DNA of 55,630 nucleotides, the filler included, from Jimgerdemannia flammicorona (Eukaryota): the NCBI GenBank assembly GCA_003990765.1. It is 2 parts of 2 records of this genome, joined end to end, with 100 filler letters (N's around TTAATTAATTAA, not from the genome) between each part and the next. Parts side by side here need not be neighbours in the genome. Positions count along the whole stretch, not along the records: positions 27,869 to 55,630 come from RBNJ01000605.1; 1 more part is not named here. One strand, given 5' to 3'. The translations under genes were made by a program, and so were the position numbers. This document shows positions 32,784 through 47,142 of the stretch, one piece after another. Position 1 is the stretch's first letter. Each line of letters opens with the position of its first letter. The notes under the pieces were generated by a model. The model had not been told where the DNA came from. It made no database searches and saw only the letters and a list, made by a program, of their open reading frames with translations.

Positions 32784-35700
32784 GTCACTTGGACTCTGCC
32801 ATTTATTATCAGTCTATTAATAAGTTTACAGTAACTCCTCCCACTATCCGATCCCCTAGAGGAGCCTTTTCTCATATTATCATGAATAAAGACCACCTTC
32901 TCACTCACTACTCCCACCCTTCTCCCACTCTGCCTACAGATCTTCTCTACTAAGTGATACCTTCAACCACCCTGCAGCCCCCAACCAAGCCACCAGCCTG
33001 TCAAGGTGTCTTCCATAAGGCTATACCAATATACCAACCAGTCCCCCAAGCTCAGTCTCCTCCTATCTTCAAAAACAAATAGCCAGTGACTGACCAGCCC
33101 CACCCAAATTGCCAAAACCCAGCCTAAGGTAAGCCACTCCTTTCCCACCCCCCCTACCAGTCTATCTCTCAAATCCTCCCATCAACCTCATGTACCAACT
33201 CCCCTACACACTACCCCCAAATGATCCCCAATAGTCTGCCAAAAGTCACTAAGCACCTCATACTCTCCTAGCCAATATTCAGACTTCTGTACATATTATT
33301 CTTCCTGCCCTATATTGTAGTACTCACAGTTGAAGCAACCCACCTCGATAAGGTGATCCAAGCAGAAGTTGAGCATTACATTCCTCCTCAGCATATGCCA
33401 CCAGACCACCCAGTACTTTGGTGGCATCCATCTCCTCACCTTGGCACTCCAGGCCCACATGCTATACCAGTTCCACTCTTCTCCAATACCCACTCCCTGC
33501 TATCCACTATGCCACAGATCCTGGCCTTATTCTCTTTAGCAATCTATCCCATCACTAATATTGAACTCAATTAAGGGAATATCTCCCAGCAACACTCAGT
33601 CCCATCTCTACATCACTGGGTCCCAAGTCATCTCTCCTTCATTACTCTGCCAACAAATTCCAATATGGTGCACCCCCTCTGCTACTCCCCACCAGAAGCC
33701 TTTGTATTGCAATTGTGCAGTATTCTGAAGCCCAACCAATGATTGGAGATCTCCTGTCAAGCCTCTTGGTAAGGACCTCTTCTCTCAGACCTTCTGCAAT
33801 AGGGGGACCCAACCACCTCCTCTCAACTCCACTGCTCTCTTTAACCACCATGCTCTCAAGCAGTATAGTCTCTTCAGAAAGTCAACCAGCCCAAGCCCTC
33901 CTCTTGTCACTGGTAAGGATAAGACCTCTCAACTGATCTGACTCCTTCTTCTAGCCCAGATCTACCCCTTAGCCAGCTTCATCAATCACTTCACTACCCA
34001 GGCTAAGAAGTCCAGATGATAAGCCAGATATCACAACTTCGGCAGCCAATAGATGTTCAAAATCAAGACATACCCTGCTAGAGATAAGTGGCGACCCCCT
34101 CAGCTCTGCAGGGCCTCCCCCCAGATTCTAACCCTCTGCTCCCACCAAAGTCTAGATAGTACTGACCCATATACTGACAAATAAATACCCAAGTACTGTA
34201 CTACCTTGTCAGTAGGGATGATTGTTCTGATAACATCTCCTCCTACCAGGCTATTGCCCAATACCATTGTTTCATACTTAAGCCAATTGAGTTTAGCCCC
34301 AGAGTTCTCCTCATACCACTCCACCATCTTCTTGAGCTCCTCAACATCAGCAATAGACTCCAGGCTGACCACCATATCATCTGCAAAGACCCCAACTTTC
34401 CACCCAATTCCAAAGACAGAGAGCCCTACTATCTTCTGTCTAATTCTGTCCATTAGGGGCTCCAGAAAGAGCATATAGAATGGGAGACAGTGGGTCCCCC
34501 TGGGGTATACCCCTACCCAGGGGAAATGATACCCCTCTATGTTCATTACATATGAGCACAGCCTTACTCTCTTCCAGTAGGCTGATCATTGCTGACCAGA
34601 ACTGGTGTAGTACCCCAGTCCTATCTAATACTTTTGCCAGCCAGACTCACCACACTCAGTCATAAGCCTTCTTCTGGTCTAAAAAGACCAGTTGCCCATC
34701 CAGTCCACAAGCTTGTGCCCCTTCAATAACTCTATGTACCCAGGTTGTGCTATCCCTAATGAGTCAACCTCCTATAAAGCCCCTCTGCTCAACACTCAAG
34801 ACTTGCTGGGCCACCTTCTGTAGCTTCATAACTACTACCTTAGTCACCAACTTTCTGTCTATGTCCAGCAGCATAATTGGCTACCAGTTCTTCCAGTTCT
34901 CTTGCCTTCCTTTGTTCTTGTAAAGCAATATCACCAGCCCTAGATTCTGCTCTCCCACCCATCTCTCTATCTGTAATATGTATAAAGTTACACAATGCTG
35001 TCATCTCACTCAGTACTTCTGGGACTCCCACCATCTTCTTCCAGAAGTCCCAGGGCAGACCATCCTCCCCAGGTGCCATATCTGGGGTTGTCATAGCAAG
35101 AATCTGGTGGATCTCTTCCTCTTGTACTGGCAACACCAAGTCACCCAGCTCATCTATTTGTGGAGGGGACCAATCCTCCAATACCCAGTCAATGGTAGCA
35201 GCATCTGTCCCACCCTTCTTCTCACTCCACAATCCACTCTATCACTCCTTTAATGAACCAAGAATATCTTGTATACTATGCACCAGTATATCATCAGAGT
35301 CAAGCACTCCTTCCCACCTTTGCTGTACCCTTCTCACCTGAAGAGCCCTCATGAGATACTTAGAGGGCCTCTTCCCTTTCTCCAAACCCTACCAATGAAG
35401 CTGTGCTGCTAAGCTCTGCACCCTTGTCTCCTCCTCATCCTGCAGCACCTGTTGTAATTCTCCAACCTCCATTTTTACCCTCATTAATCTCCAATCCTCT
35501 CCCCCCTCTACCATTGCTAGCTCTGTCCAATCCTTCAAGAGTCTAGTCAGTCTAACAGAAGCCCATCTCACCCATCACCTCCTCTGCTTCCCAGCTTCTC
35601 TGCCAGTAGACCCTGGTCATCTCTTTCATCCTCATCTACCAAATACCAACTGGGGTACCTTCCTGTCTCCAGCTCTCTACTCTCAGTTGAATGTCCTCAG

Positions 35701-38610
35701 CCCACTCACTCATCCCACTGGATCCTATCATTTAACAAAGAGGAATTGAGATGCTAATGTCCAGACCCATCCCCACTCCCCCCAAAATGCCCCTGCCCTA
35801 ACAGCCCCCAATGATCTAACTAAGAATACCATTCCACCTCCAGCAACTTCTAAACATCTAAGCCCCAGCAGCTGGCTGTCAATATCCAGTCAATTCTCAT
35901 CCCCAGGTCCTCTTTCTAGTATGTGTATACCCTCCTATCCCACCAATACTCCCTACCAGTATCTACCAGAGCACTTAGCCTTTCTACATTCTCCCATACT
36001 ACCAGCCCTCCACTCCTACTCTCAGCTCCCTATCTGCCATCTATTCTATTCATCAGTATATCCTGGACCATATTGAAGTCTCCACTAAGTATATCCACCC
36101 CAGCCTCCACAAGGACCCCACTCTCCTAGAGACCCTTCACCGAATCCACATACTCACTCTATACAGTAGAGCAGTAACAAGAGCCCACTATGACTAGCTC
36201 TCAATCTGTATGTATCCACTCTCTCTAGACCAATCTATCCCCCTAGCTCCTCATATTCTATATCTCCCCTCTGCCTTTCTAGACCAGAATCCCAACCTTG
36301 CCCTTCCAAACTACCTCATCTCTCCATTCCTTCATCCATTCCAGCCTATCCAAATCATCCTCACACCTGATATCCTGTAAGAGGAAGAGATCAGCCTCCA
36401 ATCTCTTCAGCTAAGTAAAAATGTTCCTATGCCAAGAAGCACCCCATAACCCATTTATGTTTAAAGAGAAAATGTTGGTTATACTATTCATAATGAAATA
36501 CAGTGAGTTATCTAGTCTATCTCTACTGCTCCATATTCATCTCTTTCTGCACTATATCCAGATTATGTTTCATAGTCACTACCTCCTCTTCAGCTCTCTG
36601 AGCCTTCAATCCAGCCAATAGCTCATTTATCTCCCCATCTGTCTTCTCCTCAAACTCCTCTTGGTACTCCAGACAGGCCTTCTGCCAGAGCTGCAATCTA
36701 TACTGCTTGGTCTAGTAGTATTTAGCTCTCTCACCAGCAACACCTACTAGCTCTGCCTCCTGCTCCTTATCCACCTCATACTCTTCCTCCTCTAGATACA
36801 CTGTAAGGATTTCTGCCTTCAATGCCAACTCCACTCCATCTCCCTGCAGGATCCACATCCAATGCTTATCACTCATTACTCTCAAGTCCACCTCTCCCAA
36901 CTTCTCAGCCACCAGGTTATTCATTATCCTATATATCCAAAGTAGGTTCCCCATCTCCTTCCCCCCAGAAGTTACTAGTCTCCCTCCATTTAATATCATA
37001 ATATCAGCCCTGGCACTTGCAGACTCATCCCATACCTCTGGGACATCCACCAGTTCTTCCTCTCTAACCACCACTACTTGTCCCCCATTTGCTACCTTAG
37101 GAACTCCAAATTATACTCACTGGGCTCCCCACATTGATACATCCTCTACCACTCTGCTTTGGGAAGTTGGACCTCACCTGATAAGAGGAGTAGGGGTAGG
37201 CAAACCCTCCCAGGCCTCCTCCCAGACCTCAAACATACCACCAGTATATGAGTCATTGCCAGTCACTTTCCTGTCCTCTCCTGTCTCCTTTCCTGCCCTC
37301 CCACCACTCTTGCTGGCCCAGACACTTGCTTTGGCACCCCCCATCTCCACTATTCCACCTGTCTCCTTCTGTAGTCTATCTTCCAGCTTAGCCAGTAGCT
37401 CCTTCTGATGCTTATATCTCTGAGCTCTTTTCCACTGCCCCTTGTCCACTCAAATCTACTTCCCATCCACTACCTCTAAGTATGTCAACTCCACAAAAGC
37501 CTTCCAAGCCTTCACCCACTGTTCTACCACACTACTCAGCTCTTCCAGTACTTCCAACAAGTCCTCTTCCTCCTCCTCACTCCCCTTCACCCTTGTCATC
37601 TTGCACAAAATTGCCCCCCAGACCATCACCAAAGGCCAGTCCCTTGCCTTCCTGGTAGCTTCCTTCTCTACTAGCCAAATCTATATGTCAACATTCCCAG
37701 TCCTGAGTGAGGTCCCCTCCCAGACTCTGAATCTGATATCCACCACCTTGCCATACTCCACCATGACCTCCTTGACTCTCCTTCTCATCTCTACCACCAT
37801 CACCATAGGCACTCCTTTTACCAGCAGTTGTACTACTCTGGGATTCCATCTCAGGCAATGTGCTATAGGGATACATACCTCCCTAATTAGTCAAACCAAT
37901 CTTCAGTATCTCTTCTAAAGGCTCAGCCTTCTCAAAGCCCACCTCCACTCCCTCCAATCCCTTTAGAAACTTTATTAATGCTGCTTTAGCCACCTGCTTA
38001 GTAATAAACCCCAGTACCATTTTCACTATCACTACTAGGCTCTGGAAGTACAGTATAACCATGAATACCAAGATCAATTTTTTGAGTAATGGGGCCACTG
38101 TCAGGCCCATCACACTATCTGTCAAATCCCCCAGCCCTCCAAGCCCCTGCGGCTCAGCCATGCCATCAGCAGTTATATCTGGATTTTTTTCCAGATTGGC
38201 AGTCCTGTTGCCATCAGTCATCATGCTTACTCCAGCCACTATACCCTCAGCTCCACTGCCCCCACTACCAAGGACTACTCCCCCATGAACAGCTGCCTTC
38301 TCCATCTCCTTGCCTTTCCTCAGCCATTTCTCCAGTCCAGATGCCTGTCATCTCCCCTTCACTGTCTCCATAAAGCTTGCCCTCCCAGATCCTTGTCCTC
38401 CACTACTACCTCCTCCCCTTCTATGTCCTCTTGCCAGCAGTCCCCTCATACCCCCCCCCCAGGCCAGGACCTCTCCCCACATACTGCTGGTTGAATGTGC
38501 TAGGGCCACTCTGCCCAGTACATACCTCAGGTTGCCTGTCAGTCACCATATTGTTAGTCTCTTTTCTCCAAAAACGATGTTATAAGTGCTTTCCAAAGAT
38601 TGTATAACCC
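32704..38610 (-). mobile_element. Near full-length degraded non-LTR retrotransposon (L1/Tx1-like LINE): ORF1, APE endonuclease-RT, poly(A) tail
   Basis: 77-nt poly(T) at 32704-32780. RT remnants LDQKKAYD, GVxxGDPLSP and VFADD (about 34380-34690); APE remnants NIFSLNINGL and LSGDFN (about 36070-36480). Homologous to 49750-55630 in inverted orientation. Confidence 0.9.
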
Positions 38611-38799
38611 AAATGGTACTGGAGAAAGGATGTGAGGCAACTAGGTCTACCCCACCTGAGAACACTTACTCGACAGGAGTGCTGGAGGCAGGAATTACCA
38701 GATAGTCCCAAGCCATACTACATAGGCTGAAGAAGTCCATTTGATACAGCTGTACACTCCAGTGGATAGAGTGGTGGTTAGATTGGTGAGTTAAATTGG

Positions 38800-39619
38800 C
38801 CCAATGCCCATCTGACAACCCACCTTCCATCAGTTGAGCACCTCTGTACTCTTCAGCAGGATTATGTGATCACTGGTGAGGTAAATAGTAAGTTTGTCTA
38901 TTGATAGCAGCTCTTCTACTGATGGCTCCCTCTTCCTCTTTCTGCTGAAGTAAATGTAGAATAGGAGGGATCTCTTAGCATATTCATCTGGACTTCAGTC
39001 AGAACCTTGTGGTAGTGTATAGTTTTTCTGATACACTTCAATTATAGCCTGCTTGGTTCTCTCAATGAAGTACTGCTCCCAGCCCTGATCTTTATAATAT
39101 GTATTATAGCTTTAAGTATAGATCCAGCACTGTTTAGAGAAAAGAGAGTGAGTTTTTGCAGGAGTTTCTCTGTTTTAGAAGGGGCAATGGCCACATGCTG
39201 ACATACCTGTACTAATTGAGTATATGGTGGTATTTGTTTTGGAGTAGTATTTTTTGAGCTTACTTAGTGCAACCTCCATAATATCTCTCTGATCCAGGCT
39301 TAACTATAAATCACTGCAATCCTCCAGCCTATCCTTGAGCTTGTCCTCTAGCCAGTCAATCAGAAGGTTGTATACTAGTATTGCAGAGCTTATTGTTGTG
39401 ATTGTTTGTTTGACTATATCCTTTATACAATCATCAAAATACTGGCAATTATATGTGGTGAGGTATTGCATTGTGTAGAGGTAGACAAAATGAGTGTGGA
39501 GCCAGAGCAATCACCACTTACTTTCAAAACTCTGACAATATTCCTAAGTATGTCTTACTCACTTTCACCTAGAGCCTTGTCCCATATTTCCTTATTGGCA
39601 GCCACCATTAAATCTATTG

Positions 39620-39658
<39 letters not shown>

Positions 39659-41588
39659 TCTTCAATTATCCAAAACAAGTTGCTTTAGCTGACTAAAGAA
39701 AAAAGAACATATACCACAGCAAACTCCAGCACATACTAGATTATTGCAAATATTGAGTTCCAACATATACAGATGTCTAATATAAGCTCTTTCGGGGCTA
39801 AACTGATTGCTCTATACTACACAATAAATTTATCTCATCATTGTGGAGATGATCAGATCAATATAACCAGTTTGTGCAGCTTGGAAATTATACTCAGAGC
39901 CCCTCCTCTCTTGGATGTTTTGTCTATATGTGTAAGATAGTCCTGAATAGCAAGGCTCAGTACATGGGCCTGGTATTATATATAGTAGCTTTCTGCACTA
40001 AAGGCCACATTTTTCTATTTGAGGCTAACCACTAAAACTTGAAAAAATGTTGAGTTATTTGTGGTATTATCCATCATAATGGCCAAAATCTGTATTTGAA
40101 ATATTCAATTGGTGAATTTATATAAAAATAAATAACCAATAAAATCTGTTTTGTTTAAAGACTTCTCTCAAAATGCCAACCTGACAGCAAGCCCCTCTTT
40201 TTTATCTTGGTTATGATCCCAAGCTTCTAGATATGACTAATAAAAGCATCTGCAATGTTGTCTCCAGAATGAGGGCCAGCAAGTTTGATGAAGTCAAGAG
40301 TGAGATATTTAAGCTGCCAATTGAGATCAATTTAATAACTAGTAATGCCCAGAAATTAAATTGCATTGGGAGATGTCCATGTGTTGATCATAAACAAAAT
40401 TTTTCCTGCTGAATTCTGCTTATTGAATGTAAGGTTAAATTGGTGAGCTCTTTATAAATATATATATATAATTCAGCTTACAAAGGTCATGATACTGCTC
40501 TTATTTTACCTGAAGTATCTAACAGAGATTGTCATGCTCCTTCTTATAGGCCTCCAGGACATCTTTGCAAATAGTATCAGCACTTGATAAATATAAATCA
40601 TGCTTGAGAAGACCAAAGATACTATGCAATTGATCACTCTTGATAGTTGTGAATGGCTGGTCTGTGCATACAATCTAGCAAATGAGCCAATTTCGAAATT
40701 CTACCAAAGAGTATAGCTAAATATTTTTGATTAAACAGGGTTGTTGGTATAGAAATAGTCAGGCAATCAGATAAACATACTCATCACAGCTTGGATGTCG
40801 ATTTTATTTATCTCTATGTTCTTTTTGATTTTGTCAGAGTGCTTGTCTTTTATGTGTTGATATATGTTCAAAGTCATACCACTAAGTATTTTGAACTTCT
40901 GGCTGGTACAGTTTATGGGGGTGGATGAAACAGTATCATGTGTATATCAAACAAAAGTATCAGTTATATCAATAGGTGTGTCTTAATTTTTTACCTATAA
41001 TAATTACAAACAATATCATCTCCTATCTTAGTACAATATTGTCAGATTTTGGAGCAAGAATTGTATAGAAGGTGTGGAACTATTAGGGATATTTGACTTA
41101 AAGCATCATTGGTACTGTAAACTGTTGAAGACTGATCTGTCAATATGTGTTTGTGTATACATGTGTGTGTGTTTGTATGTGTGTTTATGTGTATATATTA
41201 TATGTATATGTAAATGCATCTGACATATGAGTTATGTGGAGAATTCAGATTGGAGGATTTGGATTAGAGGATTTGGTTGAAGGATTCAGATGAGGATTCA
41301 GATTGAAGAATTTGAATTGGAGGATTTGAATTAGAGGATTCAGATTGAGTAATTCAGATTGAGTGATTCAGATTGAGTGATTCAGATTGAATGATTCAGA
41401 TTAAGTGATTCAGATGGAGTGGTTCAGATGGAGTAATTTAGATAGGTAATTTGAATTGGGCAATTCAGATGAAGTAATTCAGATTAATCTGAGTTGATTC
41501 AGATGGCTTTGGATTTGAGATTCAGATCAAACTGTTATGTGACAAATTGAATCCAGATTTAATTCAAATTGACTCATTCGGAGCACTA
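38800..41588 (-). mobile_element. Degraded hAT-superfamily DNA transposon (left boundary approximate)
   Basis: Minus-strand translation gives GKILFMINTWTSPN..FLGITS..IDLNWQLKYLTLDFIKLAGPHSGDNIADAF, ILAIMMDNTTNN, AHVLSLAIQ and CWNS, which are hAT transposase blocks. Terminus TAGTGCTCCG.. at 41588 adjoins subterminal repeats. Confidence 0.8.
41235..41575. repeat. Subterminal 14-15-bp repeats (GATTCAGATTGAGT-like) of the hAT element
   Basis: About 20 degenerate copies immediately inside the putative terminus at 41588. Confidence 0.85.
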
Positions 41589-42789
41589 CTGATGATGAAG
41601 AATACTATAAGGAGTCTGAATTCTACCCTATTATTGAAGATACCAGAACCCAGTCTAAGCTCTATGATAAGAAGAGCAACAGTAAGCCAGTTGGAAGACT
41701 AAAGAAGACTCCAGCTATTACTATTCAAAGCAAGACTCAACTCAAGGAGATTGATCAAGATATGGAGTTAGATGAAGCTGCCTGCCAAATTATTGAAGAC
41801 ACTACTCTAGTCTCAGGAGAAAGTGAAAGCAAGAAAGAATAGAAGCTGTACAAGACCAAGATTCAACAGTATGATATCTATAAGGACCTCAAGGAACAGA
41901 AGATCAATGCTACTTTTGGACAACTAGCTAAAGTCTCTACCTTCAGACAGTAGTTGAGAGTAGGGCTTACAACTACTGCCAAGAATCAAAAGTACAAGAT
42001 TGTAGAAGCTCACAATGCATAAGAAGAATCTGAAGACTCAGGCAAAGAATCTGAAGACCAGCATAAGACATCAGCCTATACCCTATATCAGATCGAAGAT
42101 TGTAGCTTTGATGCCATCATTGATACTAATGCTAGAGGATGCCTCATAAGCAAGAAGACAATTGACTGCCTAGGCTGGAACATTGAAGAGTCCACCAAGA
42201 TGGTCTATGTTACAGCAGATGGTATATGAGCTACTCCCCTAGATAAGATCTGAGAAGTCTCCATCAAGATAGAAAGAGCTACCATCCCAGTAGATGTAAT
42301 TGTTACAAGTGCCACTAACTATGATATCCTCATTAGCAACCAATGGCTTCACAAGACCAAGGCTATCATTGATCTTAATGCTCAAAAGATGTAGATCAAC
42401 TATAGAGGAAGAAAGATATAAGTCTCTCAATGTCCACAAAGAAGTACTATTAGATATGAAGAAAAGAGATGAAGAAGATACAGAAGTCTTCATACACTCA
42501 GTGTATAAGAACAAGAGCAAGACACCTAAGCTCACAGATGAGCAGTGGTACAACAAGATCATTGATAGCTATGCCCCTCAAGGAAGATGTCCCTATAGTA
42601 CTAGGATGTACTGCTCTGAACACCTGAATGACTGCTGGTCCTGTATCAGTGAAATCAGGAAAATCCACTAACAAAAGCATGAGTAAGAAGCTTCCGAAGC
42701 AAAAAGAAAAGCTGAAGAAGATGATCAGCCTCCAGAGCTTTAAGCTAACAGTGATGATTAGGAGGAACAAGAACCAGACATCACCCTCA

Positions 42790-43200
42790 AGGTTAAGAAG
42801 TTTCACCCTGAAGCCAAGATTCCAGAATATAAGACTAAAGGAGCTATAGGAATGGACCTTGCCAGCATTCAAGATGCTACCCTCAAACCCCAGACCACCA
42901 CTCTACTTGGTACTGGAATTGGAGTCAAGTTGCCAGAGAACTATACTGGAATCATCAAGACCAGGAGCAGTCTGGCCAAAAGCAAAATCTCAGTTGAAGG
43001 AGGAGTAATTGACCCTGATTATACTGGTAAGATCTTCCTCATAGTCAGGAATCACAATCCCACCACTTCATTCAAAGTCAAGAAGTATGACAGAATTGGC
43101 TAGATACTGATCCATAAAGTCAAAAAGCCTAAGATCACTGAAGTCATTGAACTCATCAAGACTAAGAGAGAAGAACAAGGCTTTAGATCTACTGGAAGAG
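42790..43200 (+). pseudogene. dut: Retroelement-borne dUTPase domain (decayed)
   Basis: KFHPEAKIPEYKT..AIGMDL (motif I, with a frameshift), RSS (II), GGVIDPDYTG (III), DRIG* (IV; Q>stop), REEQGFRSTG (V). Confidence 0.85.
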
Positions 43201-46200
43201 GAGTTTATACTACTACCAAGATTACTGAACTTGAGTACAAGAAAGACAAGAACCAGAATAAGCATACATATACTATTGGAGAAAACTTCTCCCTAGAAGA
43301 ATAACTTCTCAAGATCCTGCACCAGAATAAAGAAGTACTTACTACAGACTTCAGGCACATCCACAATCAAGAACCCAAGTACTACTATGAAGTTGATACT
43401 GGTGATACCAAGCCTATCTACCAGAAAGCCAGACCTATACCACTTGTCTACAGAGAATAGCTGCAAGCAGAACTCAAGGAAATGGAAGAAGCTGGAATCA
43501 TCAAGCAAGCTATTAGCCTCTGGACTTCATCCATTGCCCTAGCTCCAAAGAAAGGAAGCAAGTCTGGAGAGTTTGCTCCAAGACTCTGCATTGATTACAG
43601 GAAGCTCAATGCAATCACCAAAAAGGATAGGCAGCCCTTGCCAAATATTCAAGAAATCCTTACCACTCTTAGAAGTGAAGCCAAATACTATACCACCTTG
43701 GATCTGTTCTCAGGCTTCCATCAGATTGGTCTCACTCAAGATATCAGTGAAAAATCAGCCTTCATCATATCTGATGCTACCTATGTCTACCTGCAAATGC
43801 TATTTGGAATGTGCAATGCCCCAGCAAGTTTTCAGTAAATAATGAACAGAGTCTTCAGTAATGAGATTAGAAAATGGCTTTTTATCTATATTGATAATAT
43901 GATCATCTTCCATAATACTGTATAGAAATATATCAACTATATATAGCTAGCCTTCAAAAAGCTCAAGAAGCATGGCCTCTATATCAAGCTCAAGAAGTAC
44001 AAGTTTGTAGCTCAGGAAATCACCTACCTATGACACCTCATCAATCAGACTGGAATTCATATGAACTTTATGAAGATTGAGACTGTTGTAGCCTACCCAA
44101 GACCCAGAACAACTATAGAAGTCTATGCTTTTCTTAGACTGGCCTCTTACTATAGAAGATTCATTAAAGGATACTTCAATATTGTAGCACCTATCTACAA
44201 GTCACTGAAGAAGGAGACCAAATTCAAATGGACTAAGGAATGCCAAGAAACCTTCAATGAACTCAAGACTAGGTTGACCCAAGCACCCATTCTCAGAAGA
44301 CCAGATTGGAACCTAGAGTTCATCCTATAGACAGATGCAAGTGCTATAGGACTTAGAGCAGTCCTAGCTCAGAAGAAAGATGGACATGAATATATCATCT
44401 CCTATACAAGCTAAGGTATCTACAGAGCAGAACAGAACTACAAATCATACAAGCTTAAATGCTTAGCAATAGTTTAGGCAGTAGACAAGTTCCACTACTA
44501 CCTAGCTGGGAAATACTTTACTATTCAAACAGACTATTCTACTCTTGCCTGGCTATTCCACACTCTGAACCCTAAAGGAATATATGTCAGATGAATCTAC
44601 AGGCTATAAGAGTATAACTGTACTGTCAAGCACTGCTCAAAAAGAACTAATATCACTACTGATATACTCTCAAGAATACCCCAAAATATTCTCATCAAGA
44701 CTATTCAATATAAATAAGGAGCTATACTATGGATTAATCAGCTATCTTGAGCAGTAGAAGATGCCTAACCACCTCAAACCCTAGACTATCACTATCATCA
44801 ACCAGACTTGGAAATAATTTGAACTAGACAACATCACACTCAGAAAAGGAGGAATGCTTGTAATACCTAAATACAAGAAGTATTAAGTAATGAAGAAAGT
44901 ATATGAACAAGGATATCTAGGAGGAACCAATATATATAACAAAGCAAGAAGAACCATGTGGTGGCCTAAGATGGAAGAAGACCTATGCCAATTTGTCAAA
45001 GAGTGTGACAAGTACCAAAAACAGAAACAAGATCAGTAATACCAGATACTTAGGTCATCAAGAATTGAGCCTATCCCCTTCCACTACATTGCAATGGATA
45101 TTATTGGACTGCTACCAGTAATACTATTAGGAAACTACTATATTATAGTTATCATAGACCTCTTTACAAAATGGATAAAAGCAGGAGTATTACAAGAAAC
45201 CAATACTCTCTCTATAGCTGACTTCCTGTACCAAGAAATCATCTGCCACTACAAGACATCAAGGCAAATTACCACAGACTATGGAACAGAATTTGTCAAT
45301 AGATTCCATGAGATAATATATCAGAAATATAAGATTCAGTACATTAAGACCACTGCATACCATCCTCAAGGAAATAGATAGATAGAAAGAACCAATAAGA
45401 CTCTTAAGAACATCCTGGTGAAGATCTCAGACACATATGACAATTGGGATAACTACCTCCTAACTGCTCTCACTGTCCTATAAGATATATGGTCACAGAG
45501 TACACACTTTATCCCAAGAGAACTGCTCTTCAGAGAAGAAGATTCTGATGGAACCTCAGCTACAAATATAGACCTAACATGGAGACAGGTTGACTCAGAA
45601 ATCTAGAGACTACATCAAATCAGAAAGAAGACTGAAGGTTATATCATCAAGTTACAAGCACTGATAAGGAAGAATGTAGAAAAGAATCACAAGACCCTAG
45701 AACTCATTCAAATCAGAGAAAAGGTCCTACTATATCAAAATATGATAGAAACCTCATAGTCATGAAAACTGGAGCTCAAATAGGAAGAACCCTTCTATGT
45801 GCAAGATATCAAGAGAACTACCTTCTGGCTTAGGAAACTCTCAGAGACTATACTGCCTACTATGGTATACAGAAACAGACTCAAGAAGTACCATAAACCT
45901 ATATAAGAGAAATAAAACATAATGACTGCCCATGAGGTTCTAGTCTGTAAATTGTAACAACATGTCCTGTAACTAGCAGGTAATCTGTCTGGACTATTCT
46001 CTAAGAGATACAGTACTAGTAACTACTTATTTGTAAGACTTTCAAAACCAGAGAAGTTTGAATTATCAACTGATTGGTCAAGATCAGAATCAGACTCTTG
46101 CTTTATATGAAGAGAGTGACTCTTCACCATCATATCAAAATATATAGGGAAGATGCTAGCCTATAAATATCACTTTTTGACTCCCTGCTAGAGGTTATGG

Positions 46201-47142
46201 GATCAGCAATTTTTTTAGAACTGGACCAATGAATAAGAATGTTCAAGAAAACCTTATTCAGAAGGAAGATGTAACAGTGACCTCAGAATGATACCATAAG
46301 CACAGGAGACAGCCTTTTCTTGTCATCAGATCAGAGTATAAGAAGATCATATGGTATGACTCACCTAGGCTACAAGATGAGTGATAATGACTAACTATGA
46401 GTCATTGTGACCACTAGATAGATATCTTGAGAAATATAAAAGAAGGATCAAGAAACTGCAGTAGCAATAATCCAAGCAAAGCTCACAGAAATAGTTCTAA
46501 AGACTTACTATAAACAAAATGCCTACCACTCACCAAACCTCAAGATCCAGGAACTACAAAGACCCCTTAGTCCAGGAAAGAATGTTTCAAGACATTAGAA
46601 GAGTATTGGGGACCTGTATAAGAAGAACTCCTAGCCTCAACCTGAGTACTGGTGACCCCTATCATTATATATATCCTCTACTATTGTAAAATGGAAACAA
46701 GAATCACTATTACTACTAAATATCTCTAGATATAGCAAGAGTATAAAATAGGAAACCTGCTCTGCCAAGAGTTCTCTCAGACCAGTCCTCAGGAGATTCA
46801 AGATGCCACCTCCATAGATATATGTATAATAAGGATAGCAAAGAAGATTTATCAGATCTTCTGGCATACACTATAATCAATCTCTAACTTAGAGTATACT
46901 AGGATCTCAGACTTTAAGGAACTGTTAGCTCACTGCACCAATGCACTGGAGGCCATAGTGGCCACAGAGGCTCAGTCCACTATTACCCTCAATAGTGACA
47001 AAGTAGAAGACTTCTAGTATCCCATCCTCCAGGACAACCCAGATCAATTCATGCAGAGATTGATCTCAGCATTTCAAGGCCCCAGTATCTAGGTTAGATC
47101 TTCCCAAAACTCCACATTTGTTTTTTATTTTGTAGAAGAGAA

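Noticed and set aside
32666..32917. Poly-lysine ORF
   Set aside because: It is a translation of the LINE poly(A) tail.
32688..38647. Possible LINE target-site duplication (GGGGCAATAAGGTC versus GAGGCAACTAGGTC)
   Set aside because: It has three mismatches in 14 bp and the 5' boundary is uncertain.
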